A stretch of DNA of 64,000 nt from Selaginella moellendorffii (lineage: Eukaryota > Plantae > Lycopodiophyta), in NCBI RefSeq assembly GCF_000143415.4, contig NW_003314378.1, forward strand, positions 260,110 to 324,109, in the 5' to 3' direction. The stretch's first letter is position 1. Every line of letters starts with the position of its first letter. A model generated the notes under the pieces. It did not search any database. It saw only the letters and a list, made by a program, of their open reading frames with translations, and had not been told where the DNA came from. Position numbers and translations under genes: made by a program. Below, in pieces: positions 11,318 through 23,785 of this stretch.

Positions 11318-11362
11318 TACGTGAGGTAAGAATGTAGATTGGAATTTTTGGTGAGGTGTTGC

Positions 11363-11512
11363 TTTAATGAAAGGTGAAACCGTGTGATGGTGCTCAAGAT
11401 CCGTCATAGCATATATGGAATGGAAAATGTACATATGTGTGACATGGTGAACCGGTGAAAACTCGTGTCTCTCCACGTGGACTAGCCACGTGGCACAGGG
11501 CCACTCTCAACA
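11363..11512 (-). repeat. 3' LTR of Copia-1 (~150 bp)
   Basis: Near-identical to 15598-15734; starts TGTTG on the - strand. Confidence 0.9.
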
Positions 11513-13140
11513 CTCCCAGTGGCACTGTGGCCATCACGAGTGATGCTCATCAGTGGAGAAAGTCCCAGCCCTTCGCGATGGACTTGAAATCGATCTTGGG
11601 GTAGTGCTTTTGTGAAGATATTTGCAACCTGAGTGGTTGTGTCACAGTAGATCAGCTCAATTGTGCCATCTTCCACTTTCTCACGAACAAAATGATGATG
11701 AATCCCAAAGTGTTTGGTGCGTGAATGAAAGCGAGGATTGGCCGCTAACGCAATGCAGCTTTGATTGTCGCAGAAGAGGCGAGTGGGAGTCTTCACACTC
11801 ACACCAAGGTTAGAAAGTAGTGAGCGTAACCACACACCTTCTTTGGTAGCTTGTGAGGCTGCCAAATATTCTCCTTCAGTACTAGAGGTTGCCACTGTAC
11901 TTTGCTTCCTGCTGCACCACGAGACTGTCGCACTGCCCAGGGAAAACGAATAGCCAGAGGTGGACTTGCGTGTGTCACAGTCTCCCCCAAAATCAGCATC
12001 ACAGTAGCCCGTGAGGGTAAGCGCTTTTCCCTGGTAGCACAATCCAAGGTAAGTAGTACCTCGAAGGTACCTGAAGATGCGTTTCACTGCTGCCCAATGT
12101 TGAGATCCAGGATTAGCCAGGAATTGGCTAACTTTGCTCACGGCAAAAGAAATATCTGGGCGCGTACAAACAGCTGGATACATGAGACTGCCAACAGCTT
12201 GTCTGTAAGGGATGGAGTCCATGGCTCTCTTGTCTTCCTCTGTCTCAGGAGACATGGCTCGTGAAAGCTGGCAGCCTAGTTCCATTGGTGTCGCCACTGG
12301 ATTAGAGCTCGTCATAGAAAACCTGGCCAGTATATCTTCTATATACTTGGCTTGGTGAAGATAGATAGTGCGTTGAGAGCGATCACGCACAAGTTCCATG
12401 CCAAGAAAGTAGGAAGCCGAGCCAAGAGTTTTCATCTCAAATTGGCTGCAAAGATCTCGCTTAACCTGGAGAAACATTAAGCGATGATTATGGATGACAA
12501 GAGTATCATCAACATAAAGAGCGATGATCACAAATGATTCACCCTCCACCCGAATATAAAGATTCGGGTCTGCCTCGCTACGGGAAAAGCCCACACTTAG
12601 TATAAAATTGTCAAAGCGTTTGTACCAAGATCTGGGTGCTTGTTTCAAGCCGTAGACAGCTTTCTTGAGAAGCCAGAGATGATCCTCTTTTCCAGCGGCT
12701 AGAAATCCTTCTGGCTGTGCCATATAGATTTCTTCTTCAAGCGCACCATAAAGGAATGCCGTGGTCACATCCATCTGTTCCAGATCAAAGTCTCCCACCG
12801 CAGCAAAATTAATCAAGGAACGAAGAGTAGAATGTTTAACCACTGGAGCGAAGGTGTCGTTGTAGTCAAGTCCAGGAACTTGCGAGCATCCTTTTGCCAC
12901 CAATCGCACCTTGTAGCGAACCGAGCCATCAGGATTAAGCTTCAGAGCATACACCCACATGCTCTTGATAATCTGGCGATTGGAAGGCACAGTTGGAACA
13001 AGAACATGTGTCTCGTTCTTTTGCTGTGAAGCAATCTCGGCTTCCATTGCTACACGCCAGTAAGACGCTTCCTGTGAGGCCATGGCTTCTCCATAGGTCC
13101 TCGGAACAGTAGGAGTCCCAGCTGCACGAGAGGAGACCAT
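11482..13140 (-). CDS. Copia reverse transcriptase-RNase H (open frame)
   Basis: KVRLVAKG, QMDVTTAFLYG, LYVDD, YCDADFGGD, CDNQS and RTKH motifs. Confidence 0.9.
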   Translation of the reverse strand: MVSSRAAGTPTVPRTYGEAMASQEASYWRVAMEAEIASQQKNETHVLVPTVPSNRQIIKSMWVYALKLNPDGSVRYKVRLVAKGCSQVPGLDYNDTFAPVVKHSTLRSLINFAAVGDFDLEQMDVTTAFLYGALEEEIYMAQPEGFLAAGKEDHLWLLKKAVYGLKQAPRSWYKRFDNFILSVGFSRSEADPNLYIRVEGESFVIIALYVDDTLVIHNHRLMFLQVKRDLCSQFEMKTLGSASYFLGMELVRDRSQRTIYLHQAKYIEDILARFSMTSSNPVATPMELGCQLSRAMSPETEEDKRAMDSIPYRQAVGSLMYPAVCTRPDISFAVSKVSQFLANPGSQHWAAVKRIFRYLRGTTYLGLCYQGKALTLTGYCDADFGGDCDTRKSTSGYSFSLGSATVSWCSRKQSTVATSSTEGEYLAASQATKEGVWLRSLLSNLGVSVKTPTRLFCDNQSCIALAANPRFHSRTKHFGIHHHFVREKVEDGTIELIYCDTTTQVANIFTKALPQDRFQVHREGLGLSPLMSITRDGHSATGSVESGPVPRG

Positions 13141-13159
13141 TGTCTCGATGAGACGCTCA

Positions 13160-13897
13160 GTAGGCTACTTCCAGACTTTCAAGGATATGGGAGAAACACA
13201 AACTGGGAAAATGCTCAAGCGATTGAGAAGTGATGGTGGAGGCGAATTCACTTCCAATGCTTTCAACCAGCTGTGTGAGCAAGGAGGGATTGTGCGAGAA
13301 CTTACAACGCGAGAGACTCCACAACAGAATGGCGTAGCTGAGCGCAAGAATCGCACACTAGTGGAGAGTGCTCGGGCAATGCTACTTTCCAGTGGTTTGC
13401 CTCGCAGCTTCTGGTTTCACGCTGTCTTGACGGCGAACTATCTCCAGAACCGGCTCCCCACCTCTGCCCTTGCTGGCATCACTCCTGAAGAAGCATGGAG
13501 TGGCAAGAAACCTACAGTTACGCATTGGGCACACATCCCTGATGGAATGCGCAAGAAATTGGACCCCAAGAGCCAGAAGGCTGTGTTTGTGGGCTACAGC
13601 CTCGATCACAAAGCCTATCGTCTCTGGAATCCAATCACGAAGCAGGAGATCCTGAGCAGAGATGTGGTTTTCAACGAGAATTCTTTTCTTCCTTCTAGTC
13701 AAGGTTCTACTTCCAGACCTACCTTGACCGAAGAAAATGACGTTGAAGCGGAACAAGATCAGTTGACTGTCGGCACGATCACTGTGCCGCTTCAAACAGT
13801 CCCTACGCAACAACCCATGCCCGCTTCTACTCCAACACCACCAGCCCCGCCGCCTCCTCCAGATCCTCTACGCAGATCGATCCGCACAAGGCGCACT
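13160..13897 (+). pseudogene. Copia integrase core/C-terminus, inverted relative to the element
   Basis: LRSDGGGEF, TPQQNGVAERKNRT, FVGYS..KAYRLW, SRDVVFNE. Confidence 0.9.
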
Positions 13898-13956
13898 GGA
13901 CGACTAAGAACCTGGATCTAGACTTCAACGAGTGGTGGGATTGGGTATCGGCACCC

Positions 13957-15453
13957 ATGGCAGCCACTGTTCCTACAAATCCGCCTCCAAATCCACCACC
14001 TATTTCCCCTCCCATCACAAATCCGACTGTGCCTACAGCGGATATCGTTTCAGTGGACGCAAATCCACCAAAATTTGATGGGAGCAACTGGTGCTTCTGG
14101 AAGACAAAATTCGAATCCTATATGGATGAACGAGGCCTCTGGGACATCACCACAGGAACTGAGACACTTCCAGATACAGCTACAGTGGATGAAACTGCGA
14201 AGTATCGCAAGAAGGACCGGAGAGCTTTGGGCAAATTCCATGCAGCGCTGGAGGGGCGAGAATTTCATTGCATTGGACGGTGCAAGAGTGCAAAGGAAGC
14301 GTGGGAGGCCATGAAGCAGACTTACCAGATCCCTTCAACATCCCATCGCATTTTTTTACGGAAGCAGCTTCATGCACTGGTGATGGCTGAAGGGGACGAC
14401 CTCAAGGATCATCTTGCTGCAGCGAGAACAATCTTAGATGATCTTAAGGATGTGGGAGCAAACATAGAGGATGAAGAAGAAGCAGAGCTGGTGCTCGTCA
14501 CACTTCCTCCATCCTTTGATCCTCTCATACGTAACAGCCTCCAGGACGATGATCTGAGACGAAGAGCAACAACAGGATCAGAGGCCGTTGCATTCTACTC
14601 TTCTCTCAGGAAAGAAACAGTGAACAAAGGGAAACAAGGAGCCTCTTCATCCAAGAAGCCCAAGTGTTCTCATTGCAACAAGAAAGGCCATGACGAAGCT
14701 CAATGCTGGGTGAAAAATCCATCTCTCAAGCCTGTAAGGAACAATGCAAAGAAAAAGGTGGTACACGCCTTCATCTTGTCACGAGCTATGGCAGTGGCAG
14801 CACTGTCTACAGAGTGCATCTACCTGGATTCTGCTGCTACAGACCATATGTTCAACAGTGATAAGTACTTTGAAGCCTATGATCCTACAGCCACAGAGGA
14901 GTATGTCATCGTTGGCAATGCCCAGCAGCTTGCTGTGAAAGGAATTGGAACCATCAAGTTGACTTTACCACAAGGAATAGTCGTAAAGATCCACAAGGTT
15001 ATTCCTGGTTTATGTGCTAATTTGTTCTCTGTGGGACAATTTGCTGAGGATGGGTATCAGTTCGCCATTACACCTCCCTTACCATGCTGCCAGATCTTGC
15101 TGGACGGAGTCTGGGCCTACACGCACAAAAGACAACGACCAGTCACTCACTGGAGCTTTGGCACGCACGCCTGGGGCATCCTAGTGCTGATAGAATCAAG
15201 CATCTCGCACGCGAGCAGATGGTTGAAGGTCTAGACCTGGACCCAAGAGCAGTTCTTCCATTGTGCCAGGGCTGTCAGCTAGGAAAATCTACTCGCCAAC
15301 CTTTCCCCAAGACTGGAGCATCTCGAGGAACTTGTACACACTGATGTGTGTGGCCCGATGGCCACCACAGCAGTGGGAGGTATCCAATACTTTATCAGTT
15401 TCATTGATGACTACAGTCGTCGCACTATGATCTACCCTATGGCTCGCAAATCC
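13957..15453 (+). pseudogene. Copia gag-protease-integrase N-terminus, inverted relative to the element, frameshifted
   Basis: KFDGSNW, CSHCNKKGHDEAQC, YLDSAATDHM, LWHARLGH..CQGCQLGK, CGPM..YFISFIDDYSR. Confidence 0.88.
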
Positions 15454-15585
15454 CAATCGTTACACCCTCTTGCAAGGCCTGGAGCGCTTGGATTAGGGCA
15501 TGCCTCTGTCCGGAGGCTCCGATTCACCCTAGCAAGTGTTGCCCTGATCCTATGGTTTCGAATTCTTCTCGCTCTCCCAGGCATT

Positions 15586-15597
15586 GCTCTGATACCA
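15586..15597 (-). promoter_or_regulatory. Primer-binding site complementary to tRNAi-Met (TGGTATCAGAGC)
   Basis: + strand gctctgatacca, abutting the 5' LTR. Confidence 0.92.
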
Positions 15598-15734
15598 TCT
15601 AACGAAAGGTGAAACCGTGTGATGGTGCTCAAGATCCGTCATAGCATATATGAAAATGTACATACGTGTGACATGGTGAACCGATGAAGACTCGTGTCTC
15701 TCCACGTGGACTAGCCACGTGGCACAGGGCCACA
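15598..15734 (-). repeat. 5' LTR of Copia-1 (~137 bp)
   Basis: Direct repeat of 11363-11512, flanked by PBS and TSD. Confidence 0.9.
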
Positions 15735-17884
15735 GTTGCTGATCTCTCTATCTCTTGAAGCGCCCGAAGAGACAACGCATGTTACTTTCGATGAATCGGC
15801 TGTTTCCCTCCCACAACCGGCCAAGACACACAACTCGGCTTGCAAAAATGGCGAAGAGGTTTGCAATTTTTTTTTTCCTTCTCTATATACTGAAGTCTCA
15901 AGCTTGCAGGGGTGCCAGAATGCTGAAACGGATTCTACCAGCCGGTGAGCTTGTTTTCTCGCGTGGCTATTGGTGAAATTCATGGTGTTCTTGCTTTTTA
16001 AGGTTGCTTCGACTCGACTATGCTGCCGCGATGCGTCCCCATCCTGAGAAGGTGCAAAGCTTACTTGCTAATTTTTGTAGATCTTCTAAGCTTTGCTGTT
16101 TACAGGCTCAAAGAGGGGGTGAAGATGATTTCTTCACTGAAGGCTCCTGGATGGGTGTTGCTGATGGTGTTGGGGGCTGGGCCGGAGAAGGTAAGAAAAA
16201 TCTTTCTTTGAGTATGTTTCTTCAAAAGAGTTTTTACTGGTTTTCAGGCATTGATTCGGGGATGTATTCTCGGGAGCTTATGGGACATTGTAAGGCATTG
16301 GTTGTAAACAGCAAAGGGAAACTGGACCCCAAGGACGTGCTTGTCAAAGCCGCCGGCAGTACAAAGGCCCAGGGATCAGCAACGGTCCTTGTGGCTGCAT
16401 TGTTTGAGCAAGTAAGCTAGTCGGATTTGATGTTTGAGTCTGAGTCGGGTCATATATTTCAGACATGTACGCAGCAAAATTGGGAGACTTGGGTTCATCA
16501 TAGTTCGCAATTGGGAGCCCATGCAGCATAGTTTTAACTTTCCGTTTCAAGTTGGAACTTTTGGTGACCATCTTTTCCCTTAACTTTGCTAATTTTCCGT
16601 CTACAGGAATTCAAGATCCCTGTCTGCAAGGGGGACATCATTGTTTTGGGAACTGATGGCCTTTTTGACAATCTCTTCAACGACGACATAATCGAAGTTC
16701 TTAAAAAATCTCTTGGGTCCGACCAAGTCAACTTGAAAGTGAACTCTCGCTGTTGAAGAATCTCAAGATTGCTAATATTCTCTTCACTTTACAGGCATGT
16801 AGCTGGGGCGCAGGCCGAGCGTTTGGACAATTGGAGCGGTGGAAAGCGACGTGATATTTGAGTCGCGAAGGGTAAACTTTTCAAGCAGTTTTTGCGGAGG
16901 CCAGTGTATAGGCCGCGGTATTTCCGGTTCTTACGCTAATTGAGCACCCTTTTGATTGGCTCATCTTCGTGTCTTTGGTGTCCAGCCTTCATTAGAAACT
17001 GGTTTAAATCGCAGGTAACTGCTGCTGAATCTTCCTTTAAGAAATCAAGGTTTTGTTCCATCAGAAGGTTCACAGCCTGGAAGTTCTAGCCTCACTGGAG
17101 ATTGAACTCCGGACAGGACAGGTATCTCTTCTGTTTAGAGGGAACTGCTCAGGGTGTTAGACGTGCCAGGGAATCAGTTCAGCTGGACGATCACGAGCCG
17201 GCAACATGATCTCTGGCTCGTCCTTCTCGGGGGTACATGGAGCTGCTAGGCCTTTGGCGCGATGGGATCTTTCGCGACTGCGTGGCTCTCCAGGAGCTCT
17301 TCAACAGTCTCACTCCCCCATCCAGCAGCAAACTCCGGAATCTCATGCTCGGCTCTACATCTCTCAGCCATCCAAGTGGGTGTGCGGGCTTGGAAGTGCT
17401 CGAACAACGTTTCGGAAGAGCTGTGTGGGCCGTATCTTGTCTCTCAGCTTGGGCAGACTCTTTGAGTTTACTCGGATCTCTCGGAGAACCGGTTGGAGGG
17501 GCTGGTTCTGAAGGACTAAGTGGTGGAAACCCTGCTACGGTCGGATAGCAACAAAGAGCTCACGGAGAACAGCTTGAAGGACAGCTCCAGGCAAGCTCGT
17601 GTGGAGGATCCTTGGATACCGCTCTCGTCCCAGTACCGTGAGACTCCACCAGAAAGATGGTGAGCGACGAAGGCAATTGGCTGGAGCCGTGACTTCCTTC
17701 TTCGTCTCGAGTATTTGGTCGCGTGTCCCGTCCACATGGTAAGCCACGGAATTGTTTCTTAGTTGCTCAAATCTTAATTCTTTCTGATCTCCAGGTTGGT
17801 AATCACCATCACCAACTAAGAGGAATTTTTTGCTTTGAGGTGGAGTTCGGTAGGCGACGAAGAAAAACTTTCCAGGATGGGAGG

Positions 17885-19180
17885 ATGAAAAGTTACAGCC
17901 CGAGCTTGCTGTTCTTCGTGCTCCTCTTCTCCGCTGCGGCACTGCTACTCGTATGGGTTCTCGACATAAATTCCGACTCCGCGATGATGTCCCGGAGCCG
18001 AACTATGGGATCAAACTTCCGCATCAGCAACAACACCACAAGCTACAAGGGCAGCGACACTTGCAGGAGTAGGAACGAGTACGACTTCTACAGCCGCCGA
18101 AGATCGACGAGCTTCGAGCCATCCGAGTCGCTCCACCGGAAAATCCTAGAGTACGAGGCTTTGCACGGGAGGTGCGCTCCGGGGCCCGAGCAGTGCGCGA
18201 ACTGTAGTACATGCGGCTACCTCGTCAATGTTCCCGCCAGCCAGGGGATCGGCAACAAGGTGGTGGCTATAGTAGCAGCGTTTCTCTACGCGCTGCTCAC
18301 CGACAGGACGATGTTGATCGCGAGGTTGGAGAACCTGGACACGCTCTTCTGCGAGCCGTTTCCATCCAGCTCCTGGCTGCTGCCGTCGAGCTGGAAGCAC
18401 CTCGAGTTGGCGCCGTGGGACGCCTCCAAGTGGATTGGGAGCCTGGCGGGATCGCCCAACTGCAGCCGCGGCGTCGACGTGAGCTTCCCCGAGGTGGTGG
18501 TGGCCTAGGACAAGGCCTTCTTCTGCCAAGACCACAGCAGGAGGCCATCTTCCATCTCCTGGTGAGGTACCGGTTGCTTCCCAGTGACTTCGTGTGGGAC
18601 AAGGCGGCCAGGTACTACGACGCGTACCTGGCCCAGGCCGAGCTTCTAGTTGGGGTCCAGCTGCGAAGCCACATCTGCCCAACCTCGCCGAGGATACGTT
18701 CGACTGCCTGGTGCAACAAGGCCCGCTCGCAAACACCACCCAGGAGCGAGCTCCCAGATCGTCGGTGAGGAAGAACAGCAAGAAGGTGGCGGTGTTGGTG
18801 GTGTCGCTCAATTCGCAGTACTCGGAGACGCTCAAGAGCAAGGTGCTGGGATACGATCTAGCGGACGGTTCCTCGGTGTCCATCCACCAGCCGAGCGTGG
18901 AGGGGGTGCAAAACACAGGGAACTTGGATCACGACGCACAGGCGGTGATGGAGATCTACTTGCTGTCGATGAGCGATGTCCTGGTGACGAGCCCGCAATC
19001 CACGTTTGGCTACTCGGCGGCAGGGGTGGCGGGCGTGCGGCCCGTGCAGTTTGTGTGCGACCAGAGAGCGTGGTTTGCTCGGTGAGGGAGACGATGGAGC
19101 CGTGCTACCACGTTTATCCGGCTCAGTTCGCGTTGGGCAACATTGAAAAGTGCGAATGCGGCGTGGGTTCAAGCTTTTAA
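17885..19180 (+). pseudogene. GT37 fucosyltransferase copy U2
   Basis: Deletion-induced stop at 18506-18508 and further frameshifts. Confidence 0.88.
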
Positions 19181-19620
19181 GATTTTATTTTCTTTCTCGT
19201 GATAGATTTCTAAGTTGCTCCTTGGCTGCATGATGCAACTCTAGCGTCTTTTGTAGATTTGCGTGGTCAGCTAGCTCATGCTCTTGGCCCACGCAAAGTT
19301 GCGCCAAGGCTGCCTTGAAATCCCACATACACGGAAAAGGTAATTTGGTGCCAAGAGCTTATAGACTTTGAATGGCGAACTGTCGTTTTGTCCAGGACTT
19401 TGAAAAGCTGCTCGTATAGTGTTCTGGCTTGGAAGCTAACGAGTCTTGTTTTGACAGATGGCACGCGCAAAGGACTTGACTGTTTACCAAGCCCGGTGGA
19501 GAACTTTTGTGTGAATATAAAACACTGGAGGCCCATTGGATCCAATCGTATCGGAGCAAGCACAGCTCTTGGTTCTTATACAACGATATCATCACTATGT
19601 TTAGTGCTTTTGTGGCTGGA

Positions 19621-19859
19621 ATGGATCGTGCAAAGATACTTCTTGCCATCGCATTGGTGATCATGATCAGCGGCAACATCGAATGTTGCAGGCCGCGTTT
19701 TCGGTGATGAGCCGGCAGGCCGAGCTTTTCAATTCCGAATTGCGCCTTCCTGTTGTTAACAAGATCCACACTCTTCTCGAAAGAACCTCCCGGAGAATGC
19801 TCATCCAGGGTCAGCCCACGCCAGCTCCCGGGCCTTCCGGGTGCTGCCACGATAATTGA
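19621..19859 (+). pseudogene. Secreted-peptide copy U2, frameshifted
   Basis: A short deletion after CCRP gives a stop at 19705-19707; QPTPAPGPSGCCHDN is left out of frame. Confidence 0.7.
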
Positions 19860-21686
19860 AGAGGCGGACAGCCACGTGGCTGACACGTCACGCTGGGCAG
19901 GCTCTTTTCATCTAAATCCTCCACCTTCCCCACCTCCGCTCCCTCCCATTACAGTCACACATCAATTTACAGCTTGCGTCCAGGAGGCGGTTGTCTCACC
20001 AGGTGAAGGGAAATGATAAAGGCAACTTTCCATTTTTCCTTGACTTGAGAGCTGCGTGGAATTCCCAGAAGTTCCAGTCCAGCAAGTAAAGTCTCCACAA
20101 GACTTTCAGGGATGTCTTGTACAGCTGCGAACAATCAGCCGTGGTGGTGGCTTGCCCTTGTTCTGGCGAGAAGATCTGCAAAGAGGAGCGGCTGCAGTGA
20201 GTCTTGAAGATTCGCAGGTCGTTCGGATTGGGCATTGGGCAGCAATGGCAAAGGCAGATTTTCTCCCACTTGACGTGATGGAGTCTCATTGGAATGCACG
20301 TCTGGTGAGATGATCAGCGCCTTGGAGACAGGATTGTAGACCTTGTAAGCCTTGTGTTCAATGCCATAGCCTAGGAAAATGCCTCGTTCGCTTGTTGGAG
20401 AGTTATAGAGGGGATATGGACGCCATGGAAGGTGCGCTAATCCATTCGAATTCCACTTTGTGCAAGAACCCTTGACAATCCTGGACCTCAACATTGGCAA
20501 GCACTTAAACGCGTCTTTTGGTACTTCCGAGATACGTTTTCTTACGGTCTTAAGGCCACGAGTCAAGCTTACTGGGCTGGCTTTGGCTAAATTGTTTAGC
20601 CTTCACAATGCAGTTAGCAGCAAGAAGAAGAGCGTCGTTGCCTGCTCCAGCTGTGAGGCGGAGGCTAGTTCCGCATGCAAAGAGGCCATCTGGCGTCGCC
20701 GCCTCCTCAACGACACCCCGCCCAACACCAATCTACTGTGAGAATCAAGGCTACGTCGCCTCGAGCAAACATCACAAGATTAATTCCCGGACGAAACACG
20801 CACCACGCTGGGAGACACGTCCAGTTCTTTCCATGTTCTTGTGATTCCAATCTCGATAATGCAATCTTAATTGAACATCACAACAGCCTGGAAATCGAGT
20901 CCACTGCTTCATCCCACCAAACAATCTGATCTCGTGCACAGCATGAAACGAACTCTCCTGATAGAGCCATACAGAACCTTCTCATGTCCAGCCACTTGAT
21001 TATTCTATGCAGCACACTCAAATACGTCCAGGTAAATCTCGAAATCCTCTCAAAGTAGGCTAAAGGAGATACTTTCTCATCTTGCCAAAAGCCCCTTCTA
21101 ACAGGGTTAGAGAGGGCTTGGGTGAGTTGGCAAGGTGTAGTTTTGGTCTTTCCCTTGAAAGATCATGGACCTCACTTCACTACAGTGTCACCTTTAGCCC
21201 ATTACAATGCTGCATAAAGGGATCACTGCGTTTGCTCATTGTGGCGAGGGCGAGAAAGTCCTCGATGGGAGCGTGGAAGGTGACACTCCGGCCTGCGCCT
21301 ACATCAGCTCCGTGAATCGCAACAAGGATTTCTTTCTTCTCGTGACAGGGGATTTTAGGATCGCGCCAGGCAGGGTCTGCATGATCGATATGTTCGGCTG
21401 GAGAATGCCGAGGAATTGCTGCGTGCCATGCCGTTTGTGACGGATGCTCTGGTTTGTAGGGTTTTGGTGGCATCTTGCCGATCGCATTACGATATATATC
21501 GGGCATTGGATGGCAAATCGCTCCAGGAGCGTGTTTAAAATGGAAATTGGCGGGAAAGCGATGTGTTTGTTTTTTATTCTATCTAGCTGTGCTTACGAAA
21601 GTTTCCGAAAGGTAAGAGCTTTGGAAAAATAATTTATTTATATATGTAACTTAGTCAAGTCAGCCTCGCAACCTTTGGAGAAACTT

Positions 21687-22352
21687 TCAAGTCATGCCGA
21701 TGAGCTCTCTCAACTTCTGGATGAGACCACGGTCGTCAATTTGGAACGCTTTCGCGATCACGTCGTCGTTGATTGGAGGATTGGAATCAAACACCGCCTT
21801 GGCCACCTGAGTCGCCCCGGGGTTTTGGCTGTTGAAGCCAGCCATCGCAACCGCAGGCTCCTTTCCAACGTTGAGCTGGAAGTGGACGAGTCCCCTAGGG
21901 AAGACGAACAGATCTCCAGGATAGAGCATTTGGGCGAAGAGCTTGTTGTCCGGCAATGTGGTGACGAATCCGACTAAGAGGTTCCCGTGCACGAGGAAGA
22001 GCAGCTCGGATCCTCGGGGATGGACGTGGGGGGGATTGGTGCCGCCGGGAGCATAGTCGATGCGGGCAAAAGCTACACCAAAGGTGTTGAGACCGGGGAA
22101 ATTGTTGACACTCGCCAGCGTGACGTTGGAGCCGAGCTTGTTGTCGGTGTTCCCGGGAGTCGCCAGCAGGCTCGACTTGAAGTCCTCGGCTTTCACATCG
22201 GCAGCCGCCTTGCAGACGACGCCATTCACTTTGATCTTGGAGCCATTGTCTGCAACGCAAAAGTCCTGCAGCATATCTTCATCCGCGGCATGCACAAACA
22301 AGATGGAGCTGATTGCTAGGAGGAAGGATAGAACAAAACGAAGATGAGCCAT
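21687..22352 (-). CDS. Germin-like protein (cupin), intact, 221 aa
   Basis: Signal peptide, box A QDFCVAD, box B GTNPPHVHPRGSE, box C GLVHFQLNVG. The true start is MAHLRF because the upstream ATG overlaps the TATA box. Confidence 0.93.
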   Translation of the reverse strand: MAHLRFVLSFLLAISSILFVHAADEDMLQDFCVADNGSKIKVNGVVCKAAADVKAEDFKSSLLATPGNTDNKLGSNVTLASVNNFPGLNTFGVAFARIDYAPGGTNPPHVHPRGSELLFLVHGNLLVGFVTTLPDNKLFAQMLYPGDLFVFPRGLVHFQLNVGKEPAVAMAGFNSQNPGATQVAKAVFDSNPPINDDVIAKAFQIDDRGLIQKLRELIGMT

Positions 22353-23785
22353 CTTGCGAGCTTGGAAAAGACTGATGGAGCTATATGAGGGAGGGGCAGG
22401 CATTTTATAGCCGGAGGAGGGGAGGCGAGGTCCTTTGGATGACTTCGTCGTGAATCGTGCACGATTTTAGGTACACGGTCTTCTGTTCCCTTCTATTTCA
22501 TTTTTTACTCTTGCTGTCCGCGTAACACAATCTGATTTGTTTGCTGCCAAGTCGTCTCGGAAGTTTTCTTTTACCGGGCTTGTCTAGAGCCGTCAAAATC
22601 ATCTTTTATGTGTGTAGATGATGACGACTGATGGTAAGAACCGGTCTCAGTGAAACTCGAGTTTTACACGGTCTTAAAAACTTGACACTAAATTGCTTTA
22701 TTCTTCTACCAGAGACTTTTTATGTGTGGAGTTTTAACGGAATTATTATGGATTGTGTAGGTCCATTGCTGATACAAATAAACTATGGGTATATCGACCA
22801 AAGGTACGTCTATGTAGGTTATCAATTTTGCAGACAACTGTGTAGAAGGATAGTTGCTCACATAGTCATGAGACATACATAGTCATAGTCATTGTGATTA
22901 TTGCTTGCATCATTGTCATGGGCAAAATAGAATGTTTATTGCTGCTACTTTATTAATCACTTTAATACAATAAACTTATGATATTAAAAAGTTTAATAAT
23001 TTGTCCCACCATTGCAATCTAGGAAAGCATCCAGTTGGGGTGGTGGGAGCGAACTAAGAAAACACTCCTGTGCTGCTGTGTGAGCATGTCAATCAGTCAG
23101 CTGACCTCAGTATCAGTGGTCGTGGGCAGTGCATTCTAAAGCTCTTGGACTTGTTGGGCAAAGTCGGGCACCCATGCTGGCATGACTTAGTCGTGGCCAC
23201 AGTGAGTTCTGGTTGTTGATAGGAGTGTTGTAAGCAGCATACGCATCCTAGTCAGACATGAGGCGGTCAAGAACTCTTGGAATTCCCCGCCATACCATTT
23301 TGTCAAGGAAAAATCTAAACAGTACACCACATTATTAAAGAATAGTTTGGCTGACCAAAATGTAATCGTTTGTACTACTCCTGTTCCATCTATGGTGCCC
23401 AATTGTGTAGTGCTGTTAACAATGTAGAGTTGGGAGGCACCATTAGTCATGTGGATGTCCTCCGCTGCTGCCTGGTTCCAGGAGCCCTTCTGCTGTTGTT
23501 AGTTGAGCCTGCAAAGTCCATTGCAATATTAAAAACGTTTAATTGCCCAGCCAGTCTCACTGGTTTGATCGGTCAGTGTATAGTTTTATCTTAAGAGTAA
23601 CATTCCACGAACTAGAGAGTAGAATTTAGCTGCTCAACCAAAGTCCCACCCATATCCATAACCCATGCCTTGTCCACCAGTGGAATCAACTCTCTGCGAG
23701 GAAAGAAAATAAGATCCAAGCACTAATCACGCAAGTTTACCGCAGATCATGGCTCATAACGAGCAACGTCCTCTCCTTCTTTAAG

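Larger units (their letters stand above)
11363..15734 (-). mobile_element. Ty1/Copia LTR retrotransposon with both LTRs, PBS and 5-bp TSD (GTTGC, 11358-11362 and 15735-15739); internally rearranged
   Basis: LTRs at 11363-11512 and 15598-15734; tRNAi-Met PBS; gag with CX2CX4HX4C knuckle, protease (LDSAATDH), integrase, RT (YVDD) and RNase H. The empty site gaggtGTTGCtgatc is present in other units. Confidence 0.95.
11318..16854 (+). pseudogene. PP2C copy U2 (no exon 1, interrupted by Copia, deletions)
   Basis: Homology to 2582-3882, with several deletions and D for A in GEDAFF. Confidence 0.85.

Noticed and set aside
11280-11330. New chimeric first exon rescuing the PP2C copies
   Set aside because: The nearby ATG hits TAA before the junction, and all downstream copies have disabling lesions.
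22353-22403. 238-aa GLP start (MPAPPS...)
   Set aside because: That ATG overlaps the TATA box (TATAAAATG). The signal peptide begins at MAHLRF.
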